Below are positions 1-11,449 of a DNA stretch of 64,000 nucleotides, in pieces (the first letter of the stretch is position 1; the number at the start of each line of letters is the position of its first letter). The translations under genes and the position numbers were made by a program. Origin of the DNA: Blastocladiella emersonii ATCC 22665 (taxonomy: Eukaryota; Fungi; Blastocladiomycota); contig JANHCV010000013.1 in NCBI GenBank assembly GCA_025594325.1, positions 682,001 to 746,000 on the forward strand. The letters run 5' to 3'. The notes beneath the pieces are model-generated. The model was not told the DNA's origin. It searched no databases and worked only from the letters and a program-made list of their open reading frames with translations.

Positions 1-1991
1 CCAGGTCCGTGTTGGGGGTAAGGGGGTGGCGGAGGTTACGGTCCGTGATGAGGGGCGGTGGATCGAGGTCAAGGAGCCTGGGTTCCGCCTGGGCGATGAG
101 GGGTGGGAGATGCAGCTGTGATGGGACGGCGAGAGTTGGGGTCAAGAGATTGGTTTTGCAACTATCGCGGGTGTAGCGGAGAAGTTGTTCGTTGGCAGGT
201 GGTGGCGCAGGATCCGCGACAGCGGCGACCAGCCGCGCAGCTCGCTTGCTGGCTGAAGTCGCGAGCGAGAGAGAGCCACGGTCGTCGATGCGTCGCGAGC
301 GCGAGCGCGAAAGGCATCCGCGGGTGGAACTGCAGCGTGACGTGCTCGCTTCTGAACGCGGGCCTCGACTTTAGACTCCTCGCGGGTCGGGCGGCGCGTG
401 CAGAGCGGATCTCACGGCAGGGAGAAGGAGCGAGCTATCCGCGCGGCGGCCACGCGCGACGCCGCGCTGCCTGCGCGATGTGCATCCCATGAGCGCCGCC
501 GAGCGAGGTTGAGGGGATCAAGGAGGCCGACGGCCAGCGAACTCTCTCACGACATCGGTGCTCATGGCCAGTGAGTGCCTCGCCCTTGGACGGCGAGCAC
601 TCGCAGAGCCAGAAGCAGGTCGAGAACTCGCTGACGGCCAAGCCCGACTGACCTGCACGAGTTCTTGCTTGCCCACCATCTCGGCAAACCGAGGCGGCGA
701 AGCCGGATAGGCTGCAAGGCCGCTCGGCATCGCGCTGATCGCACCACCACGATATGAGGCGCTCAATGGACGCGGGCGAGCGCCGCAATCCAGTCGTTGG
801 CGATCGTCGGCCGCCGTCTCGCACACGGCCAACCAGCGAGCGAACGATGGTAGGAGACAAACGCCAGCATGGAAGCCAGTCGAACAAGGCACGCATTTGA
901 CATCAAGCGCGATGATCATCGCATCGCGAGCGCGATGATCGCGAGTGCGGGCTGCCCTCTCTCACGCAGCACCCGGACATCGGAATCGGGGATCAGAAGT
1001 AGACCGCGCAGATCGCCGGTCGCCGAACACATGGCAGGGCAGGGACCAAGGCGCGTGGGCGTCCGATCGATGGCGGCGGAAGGGGAGACGCGCGACAGGG
1101 TTGGAGACGCGTCGCGATTTTTTGTCTCTCACCGCGGTCACGCGCAAGTCACGCGTTTCGCGACGCGTCGCGCTTGCTCGCTCGCGGCGGGCGGGTTTTC
1201 AGTCTCCCTCCGCCCCCCGCCCCTCCCCTCGCCGCCCTTCGCGCCGCATCGCATCCCGAGTTTCCGCATAGCACGTAGCGCTGGGAGAAGCCTTGGCACC
1301 CCGCATCGCATCGCACACACGCGCGTCACGGACGTCGCACCTCGCTCGCTCGCCACACCCGCACCGCCTCGATCCTCCCCACCGTCTTGCACGCCCGCGC
1401 GCTCCTTGTCCCCCAGCCACTGCGCATACTACGATAGACGGAGCGACCGCGCGCACGCGACACCGACGACGCGTTCCTCCTCGCAGTACGAATCACCGCC
1501 GCTGCACCCGTTCGCCCCCCTTCCTCCTCGACGCACTCCACGCATACCCTACCCGCGCGCGCGCACCAGCCTGCTGCACCCAACGTCCCCGCCCAACTAC
1601 GGATCCGATCGCCTGGTCGCTGCCCTGCCCTGCCCTGCCCGCCGCCGCTGGTCCGTCTCGCACCCGTCCGCGTCCCTGCATACTCGCGCGCTCGCGCACC
1701 ACCGCCACCGCCTCGACTCGTGGGCGTGTGATTTGATTCCGTCCGTGGCCCCGATCGCGCGCGCGCGTCCACACTTCTTGGACCCTGCCACGCCATCCCC
1801 TTCCTCGCTCTCTCCTCTCGCTTGTGTGTGTGTCGGCCCCGCTCGCCTTGGACTAACCCCATCGGACCTCGCGTATCCAGGCACACGCGCACTTACCCCT
1901 TCCTTCCACACCTGATCCACACCTCCGCTTTCGCTCATCGATCCGCGAGCCGTGATCACCCACCAGCACCGCCTCCTCAACCACCTGCAAC

Positions 1992-4900
1992 ATGTCGTCG
2001 CCGCAGCCCAAGCTCGCCGGCGGCTTGTCCAAGCCCGGCGCCCGCAAGGGCGGGAACCTCAAGTACGTCCACGCCGCCGCCTCCGTCGTCGCGGATCGGG
2101 CGGTCCACTCACCTTTGCGGGATGTGTAGGCCGACGTTCAGCGTCGAGACGAGCGACGTGTCGGGCTCGCGCCTGATCAACGAGCGTTCGCCGCTCGCGT
2201 CGACGGACGATCTCGAGAGCGACGACGACTCGAGCGTTAACGGCCTGTCGCACGGTCCCGCGGGCGGCATGGGCGGCCACGGGCACGGGCACGGCAACGA
2301 CACGGCCAGCGAGGACCGGTCGTCGTCGCGCATCGCGCTCGCCGAGGACTCGGCCACGGCGCAGATCGGCAGCGACGCGACCAAGGATTTTCGCCGCGAT
2401 ATCAACTCCGGGATCAAGGGCATCTTCGAGGGGCTCCGCACTGACCTCAACAAGATGGAGGTCCGCATCAAGGCGGCCATGGTGTCGAGTCTCGAGAAGG
2501 TACGGTCGTGGTGTTGCGCGGGTCGAGGGACGTTGGATCTGACTCGCGTACCGTGTGTGTGTAGGACGAAATGACCTTCTTCGCCAAGCAGGACGAGAAG
2601 GAGCTGCTCCGCCTGCGCGCGCGCCAGGAGCAGGAGATCCAGCGCGAGAAGCGCGCCTTCAAGACGCTCATGGAGTCGCGCGAGGCCCGCCAGCGCGGCC
2701 AGGTCCTCCAGGCCACCATGAACTTTACGGCCAAGAACCGCGATATCATCATCCAGTGCGTGTCGTCGTCGTCCGTGGTCGGTTGACCTGTCACTGACCC
2801 CATGCGCGTGTGTAGGGAGCAGGACAAGGCCCAGTGCATCGACGCCGAGGTCAAGGCCATGCTCGACGACCACCGCCAGGCCTTCGAGGAGTACCTGCAG
2901 CAGGTCGAGGCCCGCCACACCAAGAAGCGCAAGAAGCTCACGGCTGCGTTCGAGCGGTACGCGCCTCTCTCGCTCTCGACGACTCGACTTGCCTCAAACC
3001 TTTCCCCGCTCATCCTTGAGCCACCCACACCACGCCCAAATCTTGGCCATCATCGAACACGATCACTGACCATGATCCTCGCCGACCACGACGTGTAGTA
3101 AGCTCCAGGACAAGCGCACGCTGTTCAACCTCGAGACGGCGCACCTGTCGCCCGAGATGCGTCAGGACCGGATCAAGGATTTCCAGTTCAAGGTGAACCA
3201 CCAGAAGGCCGAGGACAAGAAGGTGGCCGAGCACCGGCGCGACACGCAGTCGCTCGAGATCCGGCAGATGAAGGAGATGTTCGACCTGCAGATCAAGTCG
3301 CTCGAGGAGACGCACACGCTCAAGGCGACCAAGGACCGCGAGATGATGGAGCTGCAGGAGAACCAGCGGCGCGAGGTGCAGCGGTCCAAGGAGGCGATCC
3401 GCGAGGTCGAGTTCCTCGTCAAGGCCGTCAAGCTGCAGCTCGAGCACAACAAGCACATGCGCGACGTGGCGATCCGCCACAAGTCGGCCATCGAGACGGT
3501 CCTGTCGCGCCAGCACCAGCTGCGGTGGGCGCGCATCTCCAAGTGGAAGGTGGTCCTCAAGCGCGAGACCGGGCTCGACGTGACCTTCTTCAACGACCCG
3601 GACCCGGGCGTGCACCTGTCGACGCTGTTCATGGACCCGCAGACCACCATCACGCGGTACCTCGACATCCCGAACCACCGCGCCATCAACCCGGACCCCA
3701 AGTCGCCGCCGATTCCGCTCATGCCCAACATCCTCGAGGGCGTCAACGACGAGGTGGACCCGATCCCGCACCAGATCCTGGGCGAGGGCGAGTCGGGCTA
3801 CTCCAACTCGCCGTCGAGCCCGATCTCGCCGTCGAGCCTGCTCACGTCCAACGAGAAGAACGACCGCGTCGCGCAGGAGGAGAAGGACCGGCTCGAGCAG
3901 AAGCTCGAGCGCATGCGGCTCGACGTCAAGGAGCTCAAGGAGCACCACCGCGCGCAGCTCGAGGCCATGCGCAAGCAGCACGCCGACGAGCTCGGCCGCC
4001 TCGAGTCGACGATCCGCACCCGCGTCAACGAGCTCCGCGAGGCGCAGAAGACGCGCGCGATGCAGCTCAAGAAGCAGCAGGACGACGAGCTCGACCAGCT
4101 CCACGCGACCCAGGAGAAGGAGGCCGCCATGGAGGAGAACATCCGGTCGGCCGAGCACAAGATGCTCATGGAGCGCAAGACGCTCAACTCGGTCCTCGAG
4201 ACGGTCGGCGACGGCATCATCAACATCATGCCCAACGGCGTGCTGACGCGGTTCAACGCGCGCGCCGAGATCATCTTCGGGTACTCGTCGTCCGAGGTGC
4301 TCGGCCGCAACGTGTCGATGCTGCAGCCCGAGAACATTGACCCCATGGACAAGCTCGCGACCTACCTGACCTCTGAGACGTACATGCTCGGCGTCGGGCG
4401 CACCGTCACGGGCCGCAAGCGCGACGGCACCAACTTCCCGCTGCACCTGTCCATCTCCGAGGTCAAGGAGAACGACATGCACCTGTTCACGGCGATCGTG
4501 CGCGACCTGACCGAGGAGGTGGCCGCGCAGGAGGCGGACCGCCGCGAGACGGAGCGCAAGCGCCAGCAGATGGAGACGCTGATCCAGCAGCTCGCGCGCG
4601 AGCGGTCGCGGTCGTCGGATCTCATCCACTCGATGCTGCCGCCGACGATCGCGCCCCGCATGCTGCGCGGCGAGGTGGTCCCGCCCGAGTCGTTCGACGA
4701 CGCGACCATCATGTTCACCGAGATCGAGGGCTTCTCGGAGCTCACCAACACGTTCACGGCGCTCGACATGGTCGACCTGCTCGACACGCTGTACTGCGTC
4801 TTTGACGAGATCATCCTCGGCTACAACGTGTACAAGGTCGAGACCATCGGCGACTCGTACGTGTGCGTGTCGGGCGTGCCCGAGCCGACGGCCGACCACG

Positions 4901-5535
4901 CGTCCGAGATCGCCAAGCTCGCGCTCCACTTCACGCGCGCCATCACCAAGATCCGGATCCGGTCGAACCCGGACCTCGAGCTCAAGCTCAAGGTCGGGAT
5001 CCACTCGGGCCCCGTCGTGGCCGGCGTCGTCGGCAAGAAGTGCTCGCGGTACTGCCTGTTCGGCGACACGGTCAACACGTCGTCGCGCATGAAGTCGACG
5101 GGCGAGCCGAGCCGCATCCACATGTCGGCGGCCGCCCACACGCGCCTGGCCGCCGCCAAGGCCGGGTTCCACCTCGAGCGCCGCGGCGAGGTGCCCGTCA
5201 AGGGCAAGGGCACCATGGAGACGTTCTGGCTCAACGGCCTCGACGGGTTCGAGCCCGACCTCAAGATCATCGACCGCATGATGGAGTCGCAGCGCTCGCT
5301 CGCCGCCTTCGCCAACTCGACCATCGTCGAGCCCGCCGGCGAGGAGCCCCTCCGCCGCAACGACTCGGCGCCCAACGGCGGCGCCGGCAACGGCCGCCCC
5401 GGCATGCTGACCGCGTCCAAGGATATCGGCGCCATGGGCCTCGGCAGCGGCATGGTCGCTCCGCCCTCGCCCTCGAACGGCCAGGCGCAGACGAGCCCGT
5501 TCCGCCGCGCCGTCATGGGCGGCGACCGCGTCTGA
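1992..5535 (+). CDS. Coiled-coil + FixL-like PAS + class III guanylyl cyclase, ~1069 aa; join(1992..2062,2130..2499,2565..2755,2816..2956,3099..5535)
   Basis: Four GT-AG introns (GTACGT, GTACGG, GTGCGT and GTACGC donors; TAG acceptors) splice to 3210 nt in one frame. PAS: SVLETVGDGII...GVGRTVTGRKRDGTNFPLHLSISEV...FTAIVRDLTE. Cyclase motifs KVETIGDSY, GPVVAGVVG, RYCLFGDTVNTSSRM and VKGKGTMETFW; the E and C residues specify GTP. Near-total GC3. Confidence 0.92.
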
Positions 5536-5854
5536 GCGGCTCATGATCGTGCGACTCTCGGTAACCGTGTCGCGTCGTTGTGGCGATGATGATGTTGATT
5601 CCCTTCCCTTGACTAGAAATACATATTCGCGTTGATCCATTTGTGCATCGCCCAAGCCATCGAGAGCAACCTCGTCCCCCTGTCGAGAAGGGAGACAGCG
5701 TGCGAGACGATCCGAAAGCGATGCCAACGGGGTCAGCTGGGATCAGCTGATGCATTAATCTACGCGGAGACGCGACCGACGACCGTCGTCGCACCTTGCT
5801 CGTCTCCTCCTCGCAACCTGCAAGAAGTTGTGCACTTAAAAGCAACGTAAGCAA

Positions 5855-7831
5855 ATGAAACTAGAGATCCCGGAACTTATAGAGCGAGTGCTTGTCTACG
5901 CCGTGCAGCTGTACGACGATCCGAATGACGTCGCGGGGCTCATGCAGTACGCGCGGGTGCTGCGCGAGGCGCTGATCCCCGGCGTTGCGCGCGCAATTCT
6001 TAAACGGTCGCCCGAGCTGACTATCGACGCGGCAAGCGCTCGCGGCGCCGTTGGCGTGCTTGAAAAGTGGCGCGTGTCCAGCCTGCCGCTTGTCTACTCG
6101 TTCAATGCCATCAAGGACGCACACGAATCTTCGCTTGAAACCATCGAGTGGTGGGGTCGCTCCGGTCTTCCGATCCGTGACCCAAGCTTCCCGAATAGCT
6201 CGACTTTTGACTTGTTTGATCGGCGCTATGGTGTTTCGTTCACGTCCATTTTCTTCCCTGGCTACGTATGTCAGCGAGACGGTAACGATGGGGTGATCTT
6301 GCTCATATCATCACCGGGCTTGTAGACGCCGCTTCCTCGTTGGGAAGGCGATATCCGTAATCTTGAACAGTCAATTCCCGATGTCGTTTCTTCTATCCGG
6401 CTTGGAAATGCACCCGAGGTTTCGATCCGCGACCAGCACATTTCGTTTGCCGCCGTCGCAGCACTGAACGAGGCCATGGCGAGCCAGCCGGACGCCCTCC
6501 GCTCCTTTGAGCTTTGTTCATGCGCAGTGGACTTTCCTCGCTTCTCACTGCTTCAACTCCCGGCCTCGCTTACCCATCTCCAGTGCAGCTCTATGTGGAG
6601 CTCGAAACGGATCGATTACAGCTATTTTGCTTGGTGGTCGCTGCCGCAGTCCCTCGAATCGGTCTCCATTTCTGGGAGAACCTTTTGCGGATACGTGCCG
6701 CTCATTCTGGGCGCGCTTCCCGAAAGCCTCGCATCTCTCTCCATCACGAATACCACGTTAACCTCGTACCCAAAGCGGGACTCGATGCAGGCCAACTTGG
6801 ACTCAATGCGGGGCGACTCGGGCTCAGACTGGGTTGAATCGGACTCGAGCTCAATCGGATCCGACTTGGACTTGATTGGCTCGGGCTTGATCGACTCGGG
6901 CCTGATCGACCCGGGCCTGATCGACTTGAACTTGATTGACTTGGAATGGCTGGGGTCAGACGCAGTCTTGGACGAACCAGACGCAGGCTCCGGCTTGGAC
7001 GCAATGGCCAACACAAACATGTACCTTTCTCAAAGTTTGATTTCGTTCCCAAGCGGACTCAGCAAATTGTCGCTTGCAAGCTGCGACATTAGCGATCGCG
7101 ACTTCGGCTGTCTGTTCCCTGGTCTTCCTCGCGGCCTCGTTACCCTGGATCTCAGCTGCACTCGCCTCACGGCATCACATCTCAGTGCGAGCTATCACCA
7201 TTTGCCAGCAACGCTTCGTTCGCTTGACCTCTCGTACACCTTCCTAGGGTACGCAAGCAACAAGGAAGTCCTTGGCTGGTCTTTGCCATCTGGACTTGAG
7301 AAGTTGAAGTTATCGTACGCCACTTCAATAGCCTTTCCTGAGACCAAGGCTCGCGGTCTGCGCCTGCTGGATCAACTGGAAATCCAAGCCCTCGTCGCTG
7401 ACTCGATCCCGCCCAATCTCACCACGCTTGTCTTTGAACAGGAGTGGCAATACGGCTCCATGGTCACCGCGTCCATCTTCGGTCCACGCTTGCCTCAAAC
7501 GCTCCGCGAGCTCTTCTTTGTAGGATCCACCATGGGTCCCGCGGGCATGCGCATCCTCGCCAAGTTTATCCCGCCCCAGCTCACGTTGCTCGGCTTGAAT
7601 CAAGCAGACCTCACACTCGAGGCTGTGCGCGCCCTTGCCCCCGCGTTGCCACAGACGCTCAAAAATTTGCGCTTGTACTCGAACCCGATCGACGACGAGG
7701 GCGCTGAGCTGCTCGCCAAGTACCTTCCGGACAACCTTGACGGCATCTACTTTGACGACGTGGACGCCACTGAAGTTGGCGAAGCGTTACTCCGCGCCAA
7801 GGTGAAGCCTGGCGGTCATTTTGGTGGGTGA
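5855..7831 (+). CDS. F-box-like + ankyrin-like repeats + RNI-type LRR protein, ~638 aa; join(5855..6265,6326..7831)
   Basis: The N-terminus LEIPELIERVLVYA is followed by IDAASARGAVGVLEKW and LETIEWWGRSGL ankyrin-like units. A GTATGT...TAG intron joins the two ORFs in frame. LPxxLxxLxLxx LRR repeats (e.g. LPQTLKNLRLYSNPIDDEGAELLA). Paralog of 28898-30544 and 14848-15490. Confidence 0.82.
6872..6946 (+). repeat. Five tandem 15-bp units inside the LRR gene encoding LIGSG/LIDSG/LIDPG/LIDLN/LIDLE
   Basis: Units read directly: ttgattggctcgggc, ttgatcgactcgggc, ctgatcgacccgggc, ctgatcgacttgaac, ttgattgacttggaa. Confidence 0.9.
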
Positions 7832-7920
7832 GCGAGAGTCGACATGCGTGATCTGTGCTGTGATCTCGAGCAGCCGAATAGGACAATTGCCTTTCGTTTC
7901 TGTCACTGGACCCGGAATGA

Positions 7921-8067
7921 GACTCGTACTGGAATGTCATCTTCGGTCGCACCGGCCTCGCGATGGCCGCCTACGTCCATTTCCAGGTGCCCGAGACCAA
8001 GGGCAAGTTGCTCGAGGAGATGGACGAGGTGTTCAAGTCCAAGTCGTCGTCGACCATCAAGGCCTGA
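7921..8067 (+). pseudogene. Orphan C-terminal fragment of an MFS sugar-porter (last TM + PETKG motif)
   Basis: Translates to DSYWNVIFGRTGLAMAAYVHFQVPETKGKLLEEMDEVFKSKSSSTIKA*. PETKGxxLEEMDxxF is the sugar-porter C-terminal signature. An in-frame TGA lies immediately upstream and no other exons were found. Confidence 0.8.
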
Positions 8068-8461
8068 TCCCCCGGCCTTCTTTCGTATGGCGTGTCTCCA
8101 TACTAATAGAAAACCCTTGTTTTGTCGTGTTACATACATTTCTGCATTCTTCGCTACTTGCTCGCAATGTCTCTTTCTCGTTAAAGTCCTCGCCCTCGCC
8201 TCGCCTCGCGCAAGTGGCAGAGCCTCGACTCCGTGTCCCTCGCGTAACAAAACCTGACAAGCTATAAAGTGAGCCTTGATATCATGTTGAGTGTTCCGCG
8301 AGACCCGATGTTGGCGGAGAAGAGGCGCTTCGGCGACGCGGTGCGCCACACCTGAAAAGTGGCAGGCAGGTCGCGTGACCGTAATGAACGCGGTCGCCCT
8401 TCAAGCCGACCGCGCGATTCAGTCTCGCTTCCTCTCAAGAACAACCGCCACCACCCACGTA

Positions 8462-10875
8462 ATGAAACCTCATGAAGTATATGCAACGTGCTCCGCGCGC
8501 TTCACGGACCTCCCCGCCGAGCTCGTGGCGGCGGTTCTTTGTCTTGCCGCCCCTCGGCTTGCCGTCCCGCTCGTGTCGGCTGGTCTCGCAGCGGTTGACA
8601 CGGCGACGCTCAACCGGATCTGTCGCCGTTACGTGCCCGTGCTGCCCAGCCCCCTTGCCACAACTGACGACGAGTGCTGCTGGTGCGATCCTCACGACCC
8701 CAATCGGCGACTTTGCTACAGCAATCGTATCGACTCGCTTGCTCGTCCGTTCTTCACGCTCCACCAACTTGCAATTCTCTTCGCAGCACAGGGTCGTGTT
8801 GACCATCTCCGCATCGTGCTCAATGCGCTTAACGAATTCGCGCACATCAACTGCCACCACATGCGCCTTCGTCACTGGCTCAAAATTGACCCGGAATGGC
8901 GCGAGAATGTTGATGCTGCCCTGTGGGATTGCGCGCCAGAGGAGGAGTTTGCATTTGAAACGGACCCTCATCATGACGAGCTTTGGCCGACGTTTCTCGA
9001 GTGTTTAGTGCTTGTCGCGTTGAAATGGTGGCGGCCCGAAGTCCTTGCAGTGATTGAATCGCCACGTTATGGACTGAACAAGGCGCGCTTCGTTTCATGC
9101 GAGTGCGACACTTACGCCAAGCTCGGTGTGCTCGCGTGCGACCCATCACTTCCCGCGCCCCTCGTGATTGATACCCTTTCTTGGATCATCGGCAATCGAG
9201 GGGAGCATCTCGTTCGACACAATCTGCTTTCGGTAACCTCCTTGTACGTTGGAGCCTGCAGCGTCGAGTGCACGGTCCAGCTGATGCGCCAGTTTGACGA
9301 TTACGAGCATTACATGGCGCTCGACTCCGACGAGTATGACACCCTAGTGTCAACGGTGCTCGGCGGCGCATCACTCGATACGCTCCTTGAGTCGGGCGAT
9401 CTGGGAGAGCACAAGGAAGAGTTGTTGACGCTCGTGGAATGCGACGCCATCGAGTCAAACAAATTGTCGGATCTCCTGCTTGGCTTCATCCGCTCCGGAT
9501 CTTCCAATTTGCACGGGTTTGCTCGCAGGATCTCCTCGCGTGAAGTTTATTCCCAGGGTACGTCCCCGAGACTTGTCCAATTCACGATCTACGTCACACT
9601 AATCGTACGTTGGGTGTAGCCATCAACCTTGCCATGGGACTCAACTACCTCGGGTGCTCGAGGGCGGACGGCTTTCATTTCGACGAGCTTGCCTCCTCGA
9701 CTTGTAGCGATCCCGACGCCTCGGCTTACCTTCCATTGGCGGCTCCTGCCCGCGACCTTGACTCCCTTATTTCCGAGGTAACCTCGATAGTCGAGCTGGC
9801 TATGCGGAACGAGATGCGCTTGTCCGCGATCCTCTGTGATTGGACAATGACTAAATTCGCCCGCCTCGGCGCCCTCAACGACGTGCTTGCGTTCACGATC
9901 AACTACCGCGGTTCTTTGGACTTGTTTCGCGACTATGACGATACGCTCTCACCCAATTCGGAGTACACGCGGATTGATCTCGAGACTGGTCTCGCAGTTC
10001 CTTATGGACACTTGCTCGTTGGGCTTCTGTGCGATCCGAACACCGCCCCAGGCATTCTCCCATTGCTCAATACTTTTTACTCTCACGAGCACCCTCGTGC
10101 GCACTGGCACCTGTACAAGTTGCTTCTGCCCGAGGTCCGGCGCGGAACTAGCCGCTGGAAGCCGAGCGCCGAGGCGTACATGGATTCGCTCCCTCTTGTT
10201 CATTTCACGCAAGCCGACTTGCGCGAGGCTCCACCAATACGTTTACTCAAGTCAGCATTCGACCCGATGACCGACGGCGAGGATTTGCCCTACAAGGAAC
10301 CGTCCATCCACCCGATTGCTCGCGCTTCTGTGGGGTCAGACGCGCCGTCGCTGCCCACCGACCTCCCCGATTCGTCGTGGGCGCCATGGCAGTACGCCCT
10401 TCACACGGTGCTCACGCAAATCCCGCGCTTCACGCTTACGGCCGATGCGATCCCGGATGAGGTTCGTCGGATGTTGTTCTCACGCGAGGCGCTCTGCCGT
10501 GCGGACTTTTTGCGCCGCGGCGAGGCCCCCAGCGGTGTGTCTGGTCCAGGCACCGAGACGGCGTGGATCATTGAGCGGCTGTACCACGCCGCGCCCGAGG
10601 TCTTGATCAACGATCTGGTGCGGGTAAGCGTTACGAGTCCCGCTCTTGTCTGGCGCATGCTCCCGCGCGGTGCCTTGGACGGGCTTCGCTCACCAAAGTG
10701 GCTTCTTGCCGCCGCGTCCGTGATCTTTGACCGTTGCCGCGACAAGGAGACGTCCATGCCGCAAGCGCTCACTGATCTGGTTGCTGCAGCGGTTGAGACC
10801 GCTCGTTCGGCCGAGTTCCTTGGTTTGTACCACGCCGAATGCGAGCAGTGCGGGATTCTCCCAATACACTTTTAG
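8462..10875 (+). CDS. F-box-like family A1 protein, ~783 aa; join(8462..9557,9620..10875)
   Basis: N-terminal FTDLPAELVAAVLCLAAPR. Family motifs LAILFAAQGR, ALKWWRPEVL, LLCDPxTA, PWQYALHTVLT and AWIIERLYHAAP. A phase-1 GTACGT...TAG intron (with CTAAT branch) joins the two ORFs in frame. Confidence 0.85.
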
Positions 10876-11139
10876 GTCGTCTCCATGTATGTTATTACAT
10901 CGCGTATTATAGCCGTATTTTCCTTTTCTTCGGCTCATTGCCTTCAGTTTTCGGTGACTCGAGGCCGTGGGGATTGCGCGAGAAGCGGGAGTAGACTATC
11001 GTCAAGCACTTGGCGGTCGATGGCGTCCTGCAACGAGCTGGCGACTGCGCTATTGCGAAAATATCTCTTTATGCAGATCGCGTAAGGTATCGACCAATTC
11101 TCTTTCGGCACAGCCTCTCATCAATCCCACCAGGCAAGC

Positions 11140-11324
11140 ATGTTCCACGCGATCACGTGTTTTGGTCAACGCGTCTCTTGCCGCCCATCACCGCGGCGCC
11201 AGGCGGCCAGCCGCGCTGGATCTCGGTCTACGACATCGCGCAGCTGCTCGCCGACCTCGAGGACACTGCCGACCACGCGTCCGACATGTCGTTCAATAAC
11301 AAAGGAACGAGTGTCACGGATTGA
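11140..11324 (+). other. Short GC3-rich coding-like fragment of unknown origin (…PRWISVYDIAQLLADLEDTADHASDMSFNNK)
   Basis: Local switch to host-like C/G-ending codons; no recognised domain and no complete gene. Confidence 0.25.
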
Positions 11325-11449
11325 CCGTGGTGAATGTATTCGTCGTTCGACACGCTTCCCATACTCGCGACCGGTACCCGTCGTGCGCCGGCTGGAACTT
11401 GATCGTCTTGGGCTTCTGCGACCCGAGGCGGATGAATGGTGGGCCGACT

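Noticed and set aside
435-919. Coding-like minus-strand fragments
   Set aside because: No consistent frame, splice model or recognisable motif.
869-1915. 348-aa and overlapping ORFs upstream of the cyclase
   Set aside because: Arg/Pro/Ser-rich GC-driven ORFs over a promoter/5'UTR; no motifs and no codon bias.
3010-5727. 905-aa minus-strand ORF
   Set aside because: Antisense shadow of the high-GC3 cyclase exon; no domain, and composition typical of a reverse frame.
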